DNA of 64,000 nucleotides from Streptomyces humicola (GTDB taxonomy: Bacteria > Actinomycetota > Actinomycetes > Streptomycetales > Streptomycetaceae). The position numbers and the translations under genes are program-made. Shown one piece after another: positions 41,390 through 52,367 of this stretch. The notes under the pieces were generated by a model. The model had not been told where the DNA came from. It worked only from the letters and a program-made list of their open reading frames with translations, and searched no databases. The stretch covers positions 15,689-79,688 of the forward strand of contig NZ_JANFNG010000001.1 of the NCBI RefSeq assembly GCF_024436035.1, read 5' to 3'. Position 1 is the stretch's first letter. Every line of letters begins with the position of its first letter.

Positions 41390-41517
41390 CCACCGTAGCC
41401 TCGATCCGCGCCCCGGTGCTGTGCCTGGCCCGGGAGAACAACCCGTGGGGATATCGCCGGATCCATGGTGAGCTCGCGGCGCTGGGGATCAATCACCCGG
41501 ATCGCGAGTGGGGATGA
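41390..41517 (+). mobile_element. third tiny remnant of the same transposase family
   Basis: LARENNPWGYRRIHGELAALGI fragment only. Confidence 0.45.
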
Positions 41518-41583
41518 GGCCCATGCCTTGGAGTGTCAGGGAGCTCGCGGGCCCGCGAGGTGCGGGCCGCCTGCCCGACATCC

Positions 41584-43035
41584 TCAGTCGGCGAGGGCGC
41601 CCATGGGGTCCCAGGCGGGGAGGACGATCGGCGGTTGGTCGAGGGCGGCAGCCAGCTCCGGCGGCAGCGCGGAGCGCCGGACCGCGATCTCGAAGACATG
41701 CTCACCGAACCACGAGTCGTTCATGGTCCAGAAGCCCTTGTCGGCCTTCTCCTCACCCCAGCTGTTCTCCACCCGCCAGCGGCGCGGGCTCCCGTCCACC
41801 ACGTCGACGCCGGTGAACAGCATCGCGTGAGTCATCTGCGTGTCGTGGTGCAGCAGCCGGGCGGCCTTGTCCATGGTGAAAGGGGCGTCGTAGACGGCCG
41901 CGTAGTCGAAGAGCCCGGCGTCCCAGACACCGACGTCCGCGCGCATCATCTTGGCCACGTCGCAGCCGAACCACACCGGCTCTCCGCCGACGATCGCGTC
42001 CATGGCCAGCCGCTTCAGCAGCTCCATCTGCGCGTTGAGATAGACCACCGGCGGGGCGTCCACGATATTGCCCAGATACTCGACGGTGAAGGTGCGGCCC
42101 ACCGGGCTCGACTCACGCGGATCGTGCACCAGGCAGACGTACTCGTCCAGCGGCAGCTGCACATACGAGGCGGCGAACTCTGCCGGGGTGAGCCAGCCGT
42201 CGCGGTGGAACTCCCTGTCCTTGTCCTCCCACTGCCACAGGAAACGCTGCGGAGGCGTGCCGAGGTGGATGCTGAGCACCCGGTGGACGGCGGCCAGCAC
42301 CTCCCGCTTGCGCTCCCGCTGCGCTTCGACTCCCTCGGTGGCCTGCTCGCGCAGGTCGCGGGCGCCCTGGCGGAGCAGAGTTTGCAGGGCCCGGTTCATC
42401 GCCCGGGTCGCGGAGGAGCTGTCGGTCTCCGGCATGGCCGACTTGGGTACCAGGCCGTGCTTGGCGACCAACGCCACGAACATGTTCCACTGCCCGCCGT
42501 CACCGATGGGGTCCGCCAGCAGGTGCGCCACCGTGCGGTCGTCCACATCCCGGTCTGAGGTCTCGATGACCGCCTCGAAGAAGTGGTTCGCCCGTTCGAA
42601 CTTGTCCCACCAGAGCAGGTAGTTCTGGGAGAACTCGAAGTCCTTCACGCCCAGCTTCCGCGCGGCGCCGACCCGGAGCAGGTTGAGCCCGGCGAACATC
42701 CAGCAGCGCCCACTCTGCTTCTGGTTGGTGACCTTCCAGTCGTCCAGGTGGTGGGAGACCGAGTGGTCGATGCCGGTGAGGACCCGCCGGTCCAGGGCGA
42801 CATCGTCCACCGGTGTCTGAGTGACGGCGTTCTGCATCAGCTGGTTCACCGGCCGGGCGGCGAACTCCTTCTCGAAGAGCTTGAGCTGATCCGAGGTCAA
42901 ACTGCGATCCATGGCCTGACGAGAGTCATCGTTTCCGAAGGTCACAGCGGTCTGCCTCCAGTTCCCAGTGGTTCTCGAGCAGTCATCGAGAGGGGCGCGG
43001 CCCTCACCGTCGCACGGCCGTTCAGCCGGAGTCAA
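41584..43035 (-). CDS. aminopeptidase C / bleomycin hydrolase (C1B cysteine peptidase)
   Basis: QKQSGRCWMFAGLNLLR active-site Cys block. C-terminal His/Asn region. The start is uncertain; an internal M is at 42912. Confidence 0.8.
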   Translation of the reverse strand: MTPAERPCDGEGRAPLDDCSRTTGNWRQTAVTFGNDDSRQAMDRSLTSDQLKLFEKEFAARPVNQLMQNAVTQTPVDDVALDRRVLTGIDHSVSHHLDDWKVTNQKQSGRCWMFAGLNLLRVGAARKLGVKDFEFSQNYLLWWDKFERANHFFEAVIETSDRDVDDRTVAHLLADPIGDGGQWNMFVALVAKHGLVPKSAMPETDSSSATRAMNRALQTLLRQGARDLREQATEGVEAQRERKREVLAAVHRVLSIHLGTPPQRFLWQWEDKDREFHRDGWLTPAEFAASYVQLPLDEYVCLVHDPRESSPVGRTFTVEYLGNIVDAPPVVYLNAQMELLKRLAMDAIVGGEPVWFGCDVAKMMRADVGVWDAGLFDYAAVYDAPFTMDKAARLLHHDTQMTHAMLFTGVDVVDGSPRRWRVENSWGEEKADKGFWTMNDSWFGEHVFEIAVRRSALPPELAAALDQPPIVLPAWDPMGALAD

Positions 43036-43420
43036 CGGAGTACCGAAGGTGAGCCGCCACCGCCGAGAAGTGCCGCTCGCCCACCGACTGGACGGGCAGC
43101 ACGGGTGCTCAGCCGTAGGGGAAGCGGGCCGGGTCGGGGGCTGGGTGGCGCGGGCGTTCGCCGGCGGAGAGAGCGGCGGCGTACACGCCGGAGGCGGGGA
43201 CGATCTTGAAGCCTTGCCGGAGAATCCCGTGGGACGCCCTCTTCGCCGCCCGGATCAACCTCAACATCCACGCCATCCGCGCCACCGCCGAGAGCCGACC
43301 GATCGTCGACCCCGGCTCGAGCGCCTGACTGAGAGACCCTGCACACGGCGCCGCCGCCGGGCGCGGGACCGGCGTCGCACGCTCGGAGCAGCGGAAGAGC
43401 GCGACTCGTCGAATGGGGGA

Positions 43421-43948
43421 ATGGTGAGACCTATGGAGACATGGGATGCAATCACCTCGCGGCGCAACGTACGGGACTTCACCGACCGTCCGATCCCCGA
43501 CGAGGACCTCAGACGAATCCTGGAAGCCGGGCGCCGCGCGCCCTCCTCGCGGAACTGGCAGCCGTGGGACTTCGTGGTCGTGACCGAGCACGCCCAGCTC
43601 GCCGAACTGTCGAAGGTGTGGCGGGGCGCGGGATACGTGGCAGGCTCGGCGGCGACGATCGCGCTCGTCGTCGGCGTCTACGACGGCGCCGACGAGCGGG
43701 AACGCGCCCAGTACGATCTGGGGCAGGCCACCATGGCGATCATGGTGACGGCAGCGGACCTCGGTGTCGGGAGCGGCCATGCGGCGGTCGCCGACCAGGA
43801 CCTCGCACGCCAGGTCCTCGGCCTGCCCGCCGACCGGGAGTGCGCCTACCTGATCGCGCTGGGCTACCCGGCCGAACGACCGCTGAGCCCCCTGCAGCGT
43901 CCGGACCGTCGCCCGTTCGACGAGGTGGTCCACTGGGGCCGCTGGTAG
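43421..43948 (+). CDS. nitroreductase family protein
   Basis: RRNVRDFTDRPIPDEDL...RAPSSRNWQPWDFVVV nitroreductase signature. Confidence 0.8.
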   Translation: MVRPMETWDAITSRRNVRDFTDRPIPDEDLRRILEAGRRAPSSRNWQPWDFVVVTEHAQLAELSKVWRGAGYVAGSAATIALVVGVYDGADERERAQYDLGQATMAIMVTAADLGVGSGHAAVADQDLARQVLGLPADRECAYLIALGYPAERPLSPLQRPDRRPFDEVVHWGRW

Positions 43949-44123
43949 GAGCGGGCCGCGCCCGTACCGCCCGCACGGGGACCGGCATCGCTGCACGGAC
44001 TGCGCGGGATGGGATCTATGCGTTGGAGCGTCCGCGGGGATGCCGACGGGGGCTGAGGGACGTCAGCCCGTAAACCTGTGAGGCACGCTTGTCCGAGGAG
44101 GCGATTGGGACTCTGGCAGCCTG

Positions 44124-44624
<501 letters not shown>

Positions 44625-44794
44625 TACCGCCGCATTGTGGCTGCCCAACGCCACAACTCCGAGGTGCGAGCGAGAGGAGGAGCCGGTCCGCCGCTCACGA
44701 AATCGGTGGGCGGCGGGCCATTGGTAACGGGATCGAGAAAATGATGCACTGTTGAAATGTGGTGCGTCCGCGTTGAGATGGTTCGAGGGAGCTG

Positions 44795-46027
44795 ATGATG
44801 CCGAGCGAGAAACTCACGTTCGTCGGATCGCAGGGTGCGCCGTTGGCCGGCCGGCTGGACCTGCCCGAGTCGGAACCAGGCGCCTACGCCCTGTTCGCGC
44901 ACTGCTTCACGTGCAACAAGGACGTTGTGGCCGCGTCAAGGATCTCCCGGGCACTGGCCGGGCTCGGGATCGCGGTTCTGCGATTCGACTTCACAGGACT
45001 CGGCGAATCCGGCGGGGATTTCGGCAACACGGATTTCAGCTCCAACATCGACGATCTGGTGTGCGCGGCCGACTACCTTCGAAAGCACTTCGCTGCACCG
45101 ACCCTTCTTGTCGGACACTCGCTCGGTGGCGCGGCCGTGATCGCTGCTGCGCACCGCGTCCCAGAGGTGCGGGCCGTGGCGACCATCGGTGCCCCTGCCG
45201 ACGCGGGGCATGTGCTTCGCCTGCTGGGCCGCGGCCAGGCCGACTTCGAGCAGCGGGGTGAGGCCGAGGTGATCCTTGCCGGACGCTCCTTCCGCATCCG
45301 CCGGCAGTTTCTCGACGACGTCGCCGCGCAACCGCAGGCCGAGCGCATCGCCGATCTCGATGCGGCGCTGCTGGTACTGCACTCACCGAACGACGAGATC
45401 GTTGACGTGGACAACGCACGGCGCATCTTCGACGCCGCCCATCACCCCAAGTCCTACATCTCTCTCGACGGTGCCGACCACCTGCTCGGCAAACGCTCCG
45501 ACGCACAGTTCGCGGCGACCGTACTCGCCGCCTGGGCCGCCCGCTATGCCATCGATCCGGCGGCCAGCCACCCGCAGCCTCAGCCGGAGCACACGCCGGC
45601 CGAGGGCTGCGTCGAGGTCGCCGAGAACAGCAACTCCCCGTTCGGGCAGCGCATCACGGCCGGTCGTCACGTCCTGGCCGCGGACGAACCCCGGCCGATC
45701 GGAGCCGGCAGCGGACCCGGTCCGTATGACCTGTTGTTGGCCGCACTCGGTGCCTGCACATCGATGACGGTTCGAATGTACGCCCAGCGCAAGCAGTGGC
45801 CGTTGGAGAAAGTGACGGTACGGCTGAGCCATTCACGTATTCATGCGCAGGACTGCGCCGACTGCGAGACGCGGACCGGAACACTGGATCGGGTCGAGCG
45901 CACGATCCACTTCGCCGGCAGCCTCGACGACGATCAGCGTCGGCACTTGCTTGAGATCGCGGATAAATGCCCTGTGCACCGCACGCTGTGCTCCGAGGTG
46001 CAGATAGAGACCACCGAGGCGTCCTGA
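44795..46027 (+). CDS. bifunctional alpha/beta-hydrolase + OsmC/Ohr-family fusion protein
   Basis: N-terminal hydrolase with GHSLGG nucleophile elbow. C-terminal OsmC pattern (LLAALGACTSMT...CPVHRTL). Confidence 0.75.
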   Translation: MMPSEKLTFVGSQGAPLAGRLDLPESEPGAYALFAHCFTCNKDVVAASRISRALAGLGIAVLRFDFTGLGESGGDFGNTDFSSNIDDLVCAADYLRKHFAAPTLLVGHSLGGAAVIAAAHRVPEVRAVATIGAPADAGHVLRLLGRGQADFEQRGEAEVILAGRSFRIRRQFLDDVAAQPQAERIADLDAALLVLHSPNDEIVDVDNARRIFDAAHHPKSYISLDGADHLLGKRSDAQFAATVLAAWAARYAIDPAASHPQPQPEHTPAEGCVEVAENSNSPFGQRITAGRHVLAADEPRPIGAGSGPGPYDLLLAALGACTSMTVRMYAQRKQWPLEKVTVRLSHSRIHAQDCADCETRTGTLDRVERTIHFAGSLDDDQRRHLLEIADKCPVHRTLCSEVQIETTEAS

Positions 46028-46115
46028 GAGCATGCCGCGAGAAGCAGCCACCCGAGTAGCGAGGACACCTCTCGGATGCCGCCGAGGTACACCGCTCACG
46101 CTCGTCGGCCCCCAG

Positions 46116-47024
46116 TCAGGAGTCTGCGGCGGTCCTGGCGGCAGGCTGCCGCTGTCGCGGGTGGGCCACCACGGACTGGGCGAGCGGCTGGCTGGTGAGC
46201 AGCACCGCTCCACACAGCACGACCGCCGCGCCCAGCACCTCCGGCAGAAGCCACCATCCGCCGCGCACGTGCTCTCCGTAAAGCGTGACGCCCAGGGAGA
46301 GGCTCACCAATGCGTCCCCCAGGGTCAGGGCTGGCTGCGAAGCGGTGATGGGTCCTGACTGAACGGCGTTCTCCAGGAGGAACAGCGCGCTGACGCCTAC
46401 CACGGCGAAGGCGTAGGTCTGCCAGGCGAGGAAGAACCCCGAGATGCCGCCGACCTGCCAGGCGTATGTGGCCTCCTTGATCAGAGCCGCGGTGAGGGCA
46501 TACCCGATGGCCGACGCCGCCCCGAAGCCCGACGCCCGCACTGCGCCGGCTGGCCGGCGCAGTGCGACAGCCACGAGGGCGACGATGGCGGCGCAGCAAC
46601 AGATCAAAACCAGCACCCACGGGCCCAGGCGCGGATGGCCGGTCCCGGGCGACGGCGCGGCTGCGGCCAGCCCCCCGCCCAGCCCGACCACGATGCACAC
46701 CACCCCCGCCCAGCACCGGTGGGACAGCCGACGACCCAGCACCACACCGCCGATCAACAACGCGAACGGCAGCTCCAGCACGAAAATCGGCTGCACCACC
46801 GACAGCGCTCCCAACGACAACGCGACGGCTTGGAAGACGGCAGCTCCGATCACCCCTGCCATGCCGCCCAGCCAGACACGGCGGTGCAGCAGCGTGACGG
46901 CGAGTCCCAGTCGCAGATGCTCCGAGACCGGTACCGTGCGTGCCGCACGCCGCTGCAGCACCGTTGCCAGCGCGTTGCTAGCCGCCGCCAGCAACGCGAA
47001 CACGATCGAAAGCGCACCCTCCAC
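46116..47024 (-). CDS. DMT-superfamily (EamA-like) membrane transporter
   Basis: About 10 hydrophobic helices in two EamA-like halves. Confidence 0.6.
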   Translation of the reverse strand: MEGALSIVFALLAAASNALATVLQRRAARTVPVSEHLRLGLAVTLLHRRVWLGGMAGVIGAAVFQAVALSLGALSVVQPIFVLELPFALLIGGVVLGRRLSHRCWAGVVCIVVGLGGGLAAAAPSPGTGHPRLGPWVLVLICCCAAIVALVAVALRRPAGAVRASGFGAASAIGYALTAALIKEATYAWQVGGISGFFLAWQTYAFAVVGVSALFLLENAVQSGPITASQPALTLGDALVSLSLGVTLYGEHVRGGWWLLPEVLGAAVVLCGAVLLTSQPLAQSVVAHPRQRQPAARTAADS

Positions 47025-47327
47025 CGAGCGCCTCCCTGTTCATCGATGGGCTGGCCGTGTAATCCCGGGCGGCTGACATGTCAACGACCACTCCGTTGCC
47101 ATCCCATCCACTGAGGAGAGGAGCCGCCTGCGCGCCATGGTGAGCCGATGATGGGTCAGAGGTACGGCCTTGATACATGTGGTGGTCAATTACATAGCGC
47201 GGTCAATCGACGAAGTCTTCTCCGTGCCCAGGCTTATGCGGCCTACCGGGCCCGGCAGGAAAGTGCGCATCGGAACCCGCCGCCGTGATGGGCACCGTCT
47301 GATGACTCGGTGATGCTAGGAGACGGA

Positions 47328-47744
47328 TCACAGGTCCGGGAAAGGCTCGGCCAGCGATGCCAGCACATGGTCGGCCTTCGTGGCGCGCAGCTCCGGAACC
47401 GTGTAGTGACCGGTGGCCACCCCGATCGCGGTCGCGTTCGACGCGAGCGCTGCCTCGACCAGCACGCGATATTCCATCGAGGACCAGATGTCCTCCGACA
47501 GGTGACACAGGTACGCGGTGTACAAACGGCCCAGCTCGTCGCAGCTGGGCTCGCGGCCAAGTACTGCGCGGAACGTTTCCCGTCCGACCTGTGGATCGGT
47601 CTCTCCGGCTGAAGAGTGCTCTCCGATGTCGGCTGCCACACCATACAGGCGGTCGAATGCCCAGGCCCAGCTGCGCGCCCCTGAGCCCCCGGTGTGGACG
47701 AGGGTTTTGTCAATATCAAACAAAACCGCGATCGGACCCGACAT
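47328..47744 (-). CDS. HAD-like hydrolase, short and possibly internally truncated
   Basis: Motif I VLFDIDKTLV. It is only 138 aa and the cap region appears to be missing. Confidence 0.45.
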   Translation of the reverse strand: MSGPIAVLFDIDKTLVHTGGSGARSWAWAFDRLYGVAADIGEHSSAGETDPQVGRETFRAVLGREPSCDELGRLYTAYLCHLSEDIWSSMEYRVLVEAALASNATAIGVATGHYTVPELRATKADHVLASLAEPFPDL

Positions 47745-48311
47745 CTTACCTTCTCCTCTGAATCACCGCCGGGCTGCCTGGACGGGCAGCGGTCTTCTCG
47801 CCAGCCAACGACACCACCTCCTGCTAGCCGCTATACGGGCACCGCGGACCCTTCGCCGATGAACAGCACCATGACGTGCCGGTGCAGCGTCCATTCTGCT
47901 GCCAATTCGCCCATGAGGCGCGGCGACACAGGCGGCGCCCGGCTCACCTTCGTTGCAGGCCTCGACCGTCGTCTTCGGCGTGCCGGCCGTGTTGCGCTCC
48001 AACGCGCTGACCACCGGGCGCAACGCCCTACGCGGCTCGCCCGGACGCCGCCCCGGGGCCCCACCTGATAGAAGCCGGGCTGGGGCCGGGCGAAATGTTG
48101 AGGGGGCGTATCGGCGGACCTAGGCTGGTGGGAGTGGGTCAGCGAGACGCCCCGCACTCGGCCAAGCAGCATCCTTCCTGGACAGGCGGTCCTGCCGGAA
48201 CCGGTGACCTGCCTCATCGCGGCCGTGGCTCTACTTCGGCTTCTCGGTCAGGCTCGTCGACGCAGTGCACAAGCGTAGACATTCCTCGCGAGCATGGAGG
48301 GCGGCTAGCCG

Positions 48312-50360
48312 ATGACCGATCTGGACACGCTGTCGGTGAACACGATTCGCGGGCTGTGTATGGACGCGATCCAGAAGGCCCAGTCTGGGCACCCGGGGAC
48401 TCCGATGGGGATGGCACCCGTTGCCTACACGCTGTGGCAGCGTTTTCTGCGTTTCGATCCTGCCGATCCGATCTGGCCGAACCGCGACCGGTTCGTGCTT
48501 TCGGAGGGTCATGCCTCCGCCCTGCTGTGGTCGCTGTTGCACCTGACCGGCGTCCGCGCGGTCGATCCCGACTACGAGGTGCTGGGTCGCCCGTCGGTCG
48601 CACTTGATGACCTGAAGTCGTTCCGGCAGCTGAATTCCCGCTGTCCTGGCCACCCTGAGTACCGGTGGACGAGCGGTGTCGAGACGACCACCGGTCCGCT
48701 CGGACAGGGGGTGGCCACCTCGGTCGGCATGGCCATCGCCGGCCAGTGGCTGGCGGCGCGGTACAACCGTGACGACTTCACGCTCTTCGATTTCGACGTG
48801 TATGCGCTCGCCGGGGACGGCTGCATGATGGAGGGCATCTCCTCGGAGGCCGCTTCGCTCGCCGGACACTTGCAGCTGTCCAACCTGTGCTGGATCTACG
48901 ACTCCAACCGCATCAGCATCGAGGGCTACACCGACATCACCTTCACCGAGGATGTCGCCGCCCGCTTCCTGGCCTACGGCTGGAACGTGACTGTCGTCGC
49001 CGATGCCAACGACCTCGATCAGATCAGCCGCGCCTTCCACACCTTCCGGGCCGAAACCGAGCGTCCGACCCTGGTCCTGGTCCACAGCCACATCGGCTAC
49101 GGCTCGCCGGTCGAGGACTCACCGAAAGCACACGGGGCTCCGTTCGGGATCGAGGGGGTCAAAGCGACCAAGCGCTTCCTTGGGATGCCGCCGGACGCCG
49201 AGTTCTACATCCCCGATGGCATCTACGACTGGTTCGCACGGGGGATCGGGGCGAGGGGCGCCGAGCTGCGCAGTGGCTGGGAGAAGCAGTTCGTCGACTA
49301 CCGCGGATTGCACCCCGATTGCGCCGACGAGTTGGAGCGGATCCAGCGCCGGGAGCTGCCCGAGGGCTGGGAGCAGGCGCTGCCTACCTTCCCGCCCGAC
49401 CCGAAGGGTCTGGCGAGCCGCGATTCATCGGGTCAGGTGCTTCAGGCCGTTGCCAAGGCGGTGCCGTGGGTGCTCGGTGGATCCGCCGACCTGGCACCGT
49501 CGACCAAGACGCGGCTCGCCTTCGACGGAGCGGGTGATTTCCAGCCCGGCGAACGGTCCGGGCGCAACTTGCACTTCGGAGTCCGTGAGCACGCGGCGGC
49601 GGCCGTCGTGAACGGTATGGCGCTGACGAAGCTGCGGCCGTACTGGTCCGGGTTCCTGATCTTCTCCGACTACGCCAAGGGAGCCATACGCCTCTCCGCG
49701 CTGATGGAGATCCCGACCGTGCACATTTTCACCCATGACTCCATCGGGGTCGGTGAGGACGGACCCACCCACCAGCCCGTCGAGCAGCTCGCGGGGCTGC
49801 GTGCGACGCCCGGGCTACTCGTCTTCCGTCCTGCCGACGCGAACGAGGTGGTGGAGACCTGGCGGGTGGTCACTGCCCTACGCCGGGAGCCGGCGGCGCT
49901 GGTCCTCTCCCGCCAGGCCCTTCCCACCTTCGACCGCAGTCGGCTCGGGGCGGCCAGCGGGGTTGCGCGGGGTGCCTATGTGCTGGCCGATGCGCCCTCG
50001 GGCGAGCCGCAGGTGATCCTGCTCGCCACCGGCTCGGAGGTGTCGTTGGCCATGGCCGCGCATGAGGAGCTCACATCCGAGGGCATCGCGTCTCGGGTGG
50101 TGAGCATGCCGTGCTGGGAACTGTTCGACCGCCAACCGCGGGAGTACCGCGACCAGGTGCTGCCACCCGCGGTGACAGCCAGGGTCGCTGTCGAGGAGGC
50201 GTCCACGCTCGGCTGGGACCGGTACGTCGGCGACGGTGGTGCCATCGTCGGCATGCACACCTTCGGCGCCTCCGCGCCCCTCAAACAGCTGCTCAACAAG
50301 TTCGGCTTCACTCCCGAGCGCCTCGCCCAGGCAGCACGTGAGCTGGTGTCACAGGGCTAG
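48312..50360 (+). CDS. tkt: transketolase
   Basis: N-terminal GHPGTPMGMAP ThDP motif. Full-length 682 aa, with GDG...E ThDP-binding and the C-terminal domain. Confidence 0.9.
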   Translation: MTDLDTLSVNTIRGLCMDAIQKAQSGHPGTPMGMAPVAYTLWQRFLRFDPADPIWPNRDRFVLSEGHASALLWSLLHLTGVRAVDPDYEVLGRPSVALDDLKSFRQLNSRCPGHPEYRWTSGVETTTGPLGQGVATSVGMAIAGQWLAARYNRDDFTLFDFDVYALAGDGCMMEGISSEAASLAGHLQLSNLCWIYDSNRISIEGYTDITFTEDVAARFLAYGWNVTVVADANDLDQISRAFHTFRAETERPTLVLVHSHIGYGSPVEDSPKAHGAPFGIEGVKATKRFLGMPPDAEFYIPDGIYDWFARGIGARGAELRSGWEKQFVDYRGLHPDCADELERIQRRELPEGWEQALPTFPPDPKGLASRDSSGQVLQAVAKAVPWVLGGSADLAPSTKTRLAFDGAGDFQPGERSGRNLHFGVREHAAAAVVNGMALTKLRPYWSGFLIFSDYAKGAIRLSALMEIPTVHIFTHDSIGVGEDGPTHQPVEQLAGLRATPGLLVFRPADANEVVETWRVVTALRREPAALVLSRQALPTFDRSRLGAASGVARGAYVLADAPSGEPQVILLATGSEVSLAMAAHEELTSEGIASRVVSMPCWELFDRQPREYRDQVLPPAVTARVAVEEASTLGWDRYVGDGGAIVGMHTFGASAPLKQLLNKFGFTPERLAQAARELVSQG

Positions 50361-50553
50361 GAGACAGACGTGAAAGCGACTCAATCCCTGCACGAACTGC
50401 AGAGCCTGTGGTTGGACAACATCACCCGCGGCATGCTCGACTCCGGGCAGCTCCAGCACTCCAGCTTCCTCGGACAAGTCCATGGAGGCGCGTCATCCCG
50501 TCGTGAGCCATCAAGCCGGATCAATTGACGACACGTGCTAGAGGAGAGCAGCC

Positions 50554-51591
50554 ATGGCAACCGACACCCCCATGCAGCTCGGCGTGATCGGGCTCGGACG
50601 GATGGGCGCGAACATCGTCCGCAGACTCATGCGGGACGGCCATCACTGTGTGGTGTACGACCTGAACGAGACCGCCGTGAAAGAACTGGAGGGCGAGGGC
50701 GGCGTCGGTGCCAGTTCGCTCGAGGACTTCGTGGCCAAGCTGGAGCGGCCCCGCGCTGCCTGGCTCATGCTGCCTGCCGCCGTCGTACAGCGGACCCTCG
50801 ACCAGCTGGTCGAACTGCTCGATCCGGACGATGCGGTCATCGACGGAGGCAACTCCTACTACCGGGACGACATCACCCGCTCCAAGCAGCTTGCTCCTCG
50901 CCGGATCCACTACCTGGACTGCGGGACCTCAGGCGGTGTCTGGGGACTGGAACGCGGCTACTGTCTCATGATCGGCGGAGAGCCCGAATCCGTTGCCCGA
51001 CTCGACCCGATCTTCCGCACCATCGCGCCGGGTGCCGGCTCCGCGGAACCGACACCGAGCAGGACGCGGACCGACGGGACAGCGCCCGACGGATATCTGC
51101 ACTGCGGACCGAGCGGTGCCGGTCACTTCGTGAAGATGGTCCACAACGGGATCGAGTACGGGATGATGGCCGCGATCGCCGAGGGACTGAGCATCATCAA
51201 GAACGCCGACGCCGGACTGCGCGACCGCACCGCCGACGCCGAGACCGCCCCGCTGCGCGAGCCGGAGGCCTACCAGTACCGGATCGACGTCGGCGAAGTC
51301 GCCGAGGTATGGCGCCGCGGCTCGGTCGTGGGGTCGTGGCTCGTCGACCTGACCGCCGACGCCCTCGCCCGATCGCCGCGGCTGGAGGAGTTCACCGGCC
51401 GCGTCTCGGACTCCGGCGAAGGCCGCTGGACGGTCCTCGCGGCAGTCGACGAAGGCGTACCCGCCGCCGTGATCACCACGGCGCTCACCGAGCGATTCGA
51501 ATCCCGGGGCCTCGGCGAGTACGCCGACAGGGTCCTGTCCGCCATGCGCAGCGAATTCGGCGGCCACGCCGAGAAGAGGAGCCAGCCCTGA
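50554..51591 (+). CDS. 6-phosphogluconate dehydrogenase (decarboxylating)-like, short Gnd/YqeC type
   Basis: MQLGVIGLGRMGANIVRRL Rossmann. Substrate-binding blocks GGNSYY and HFVKMVHNGIEYG. Confidence 0.8.
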   Translation: MATDTPMQLGVIGLGRMGANIVRRLMRDGHHCVVYDLNETAVKELEGEGGVGASSLEDFVAKLERPRAAWLMLPAAVVQRTLDQLVELLDPDDAVIDGGNSYYRDDITRSKQLAPRRIHYLDCGTSGGVWGLERGYCLMIGGEPESVARLDPIFRTIAPGAGSAEPTPSRTRTDGTAPDGYLHCGPSGAGHFVKMVHNGIEYGMMAAIAEGLSIIKNADAGLRDRTADAETAPLREPEAYQYRIDVGEVAEVWRRGSVVGSWLVDLTADALARSPRLEEFTGRVSDSGEGRWTVLAAVDEGVPAAVITTALTERFESRGLGEYADRVLSAMRSEFGGHAEKRSQP

Positions 51592-51699
51592 CGCGTCCGG
51601 ACGATCACGTGATCGCACTCTTCGGAGCCACCGGCGACCTCGCCAAACGCAAATTGATCCCAGGGAAAGCACCATCTCGTCGACACCGCACAGGCGCCG

Positions 51700-52080
51700 C
51701 TATCGCCTGCGCATGATCTGCGGCTCGAAGCTGCCCTCGCGATCGCGTGGCACGTCGACCTCGACCGGGCCGACCTCAGTGATGACGGTCTTCGACCGTG
51801 TTCCATCGCGTGAGTTCCCCGATCCAGCCCCGGGCTTGTCGCGCTTCTCGTAGCCAAGATGGCCGGTGCTCTCGCCCTCGAGGGCAGACTCCAGAACCCT
51901 TTTCGTCAGCTGTTGCAGCGGCCCACACCCGCCGGTCAGCTTGATGTCTTGGGCACGAGCACAGTCGACCAACTGTCCGGTCAACTCAACTGCTCGTCCA
52001 ACGCGTCCGGCTTCTGCTCGATCCGCTGGACTTCCTCAACCGCCTCGGCAGATGCGATCACATCGCTCATCAGGTGTTCT
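51700..52080 (-). mobile_element. IS256-family (mutator-type) transposase N-terminal remnant with internal stop, C-terminally truncated
   Basis: LQQLTKRVLESALEGESTGHLGYEKRDKPGAGSGNSRDGTRSKTVITEVGPVEVDVPRDREGSFEPQI is the classic IS256 block. An upstream piece (MSDVIASAEAVEEVQRIEQKPDALDEQLS) is separated from it by TGA. Confidence 0.7.
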
Positions 52081-52367
52081 TCCTTGATCGGGAGTTACAC
52101 CGATGACCGTACAGTCTCCGGTTGACGAGCGGACTGTGGAGGATCTCTGAATGAACTGGGGGAGTTGTGTCGGTGGCCGATTGGCGACGATGCCGCCGCG
52201 GCCTCTTGACCTGCATAGCCGGGTGATCGACTTCCTTTGCATCGTACTTGTCGCCGCGGGCGCGTTCCACGATGAGGAACGGCCAACGGAGTGCGGCCTC
52301 GTGGGGGCAGACAATGCATTAACCCTCCTGACAGGCCAGGGACGGCAACACAGCAAAGGAGCGGGAA

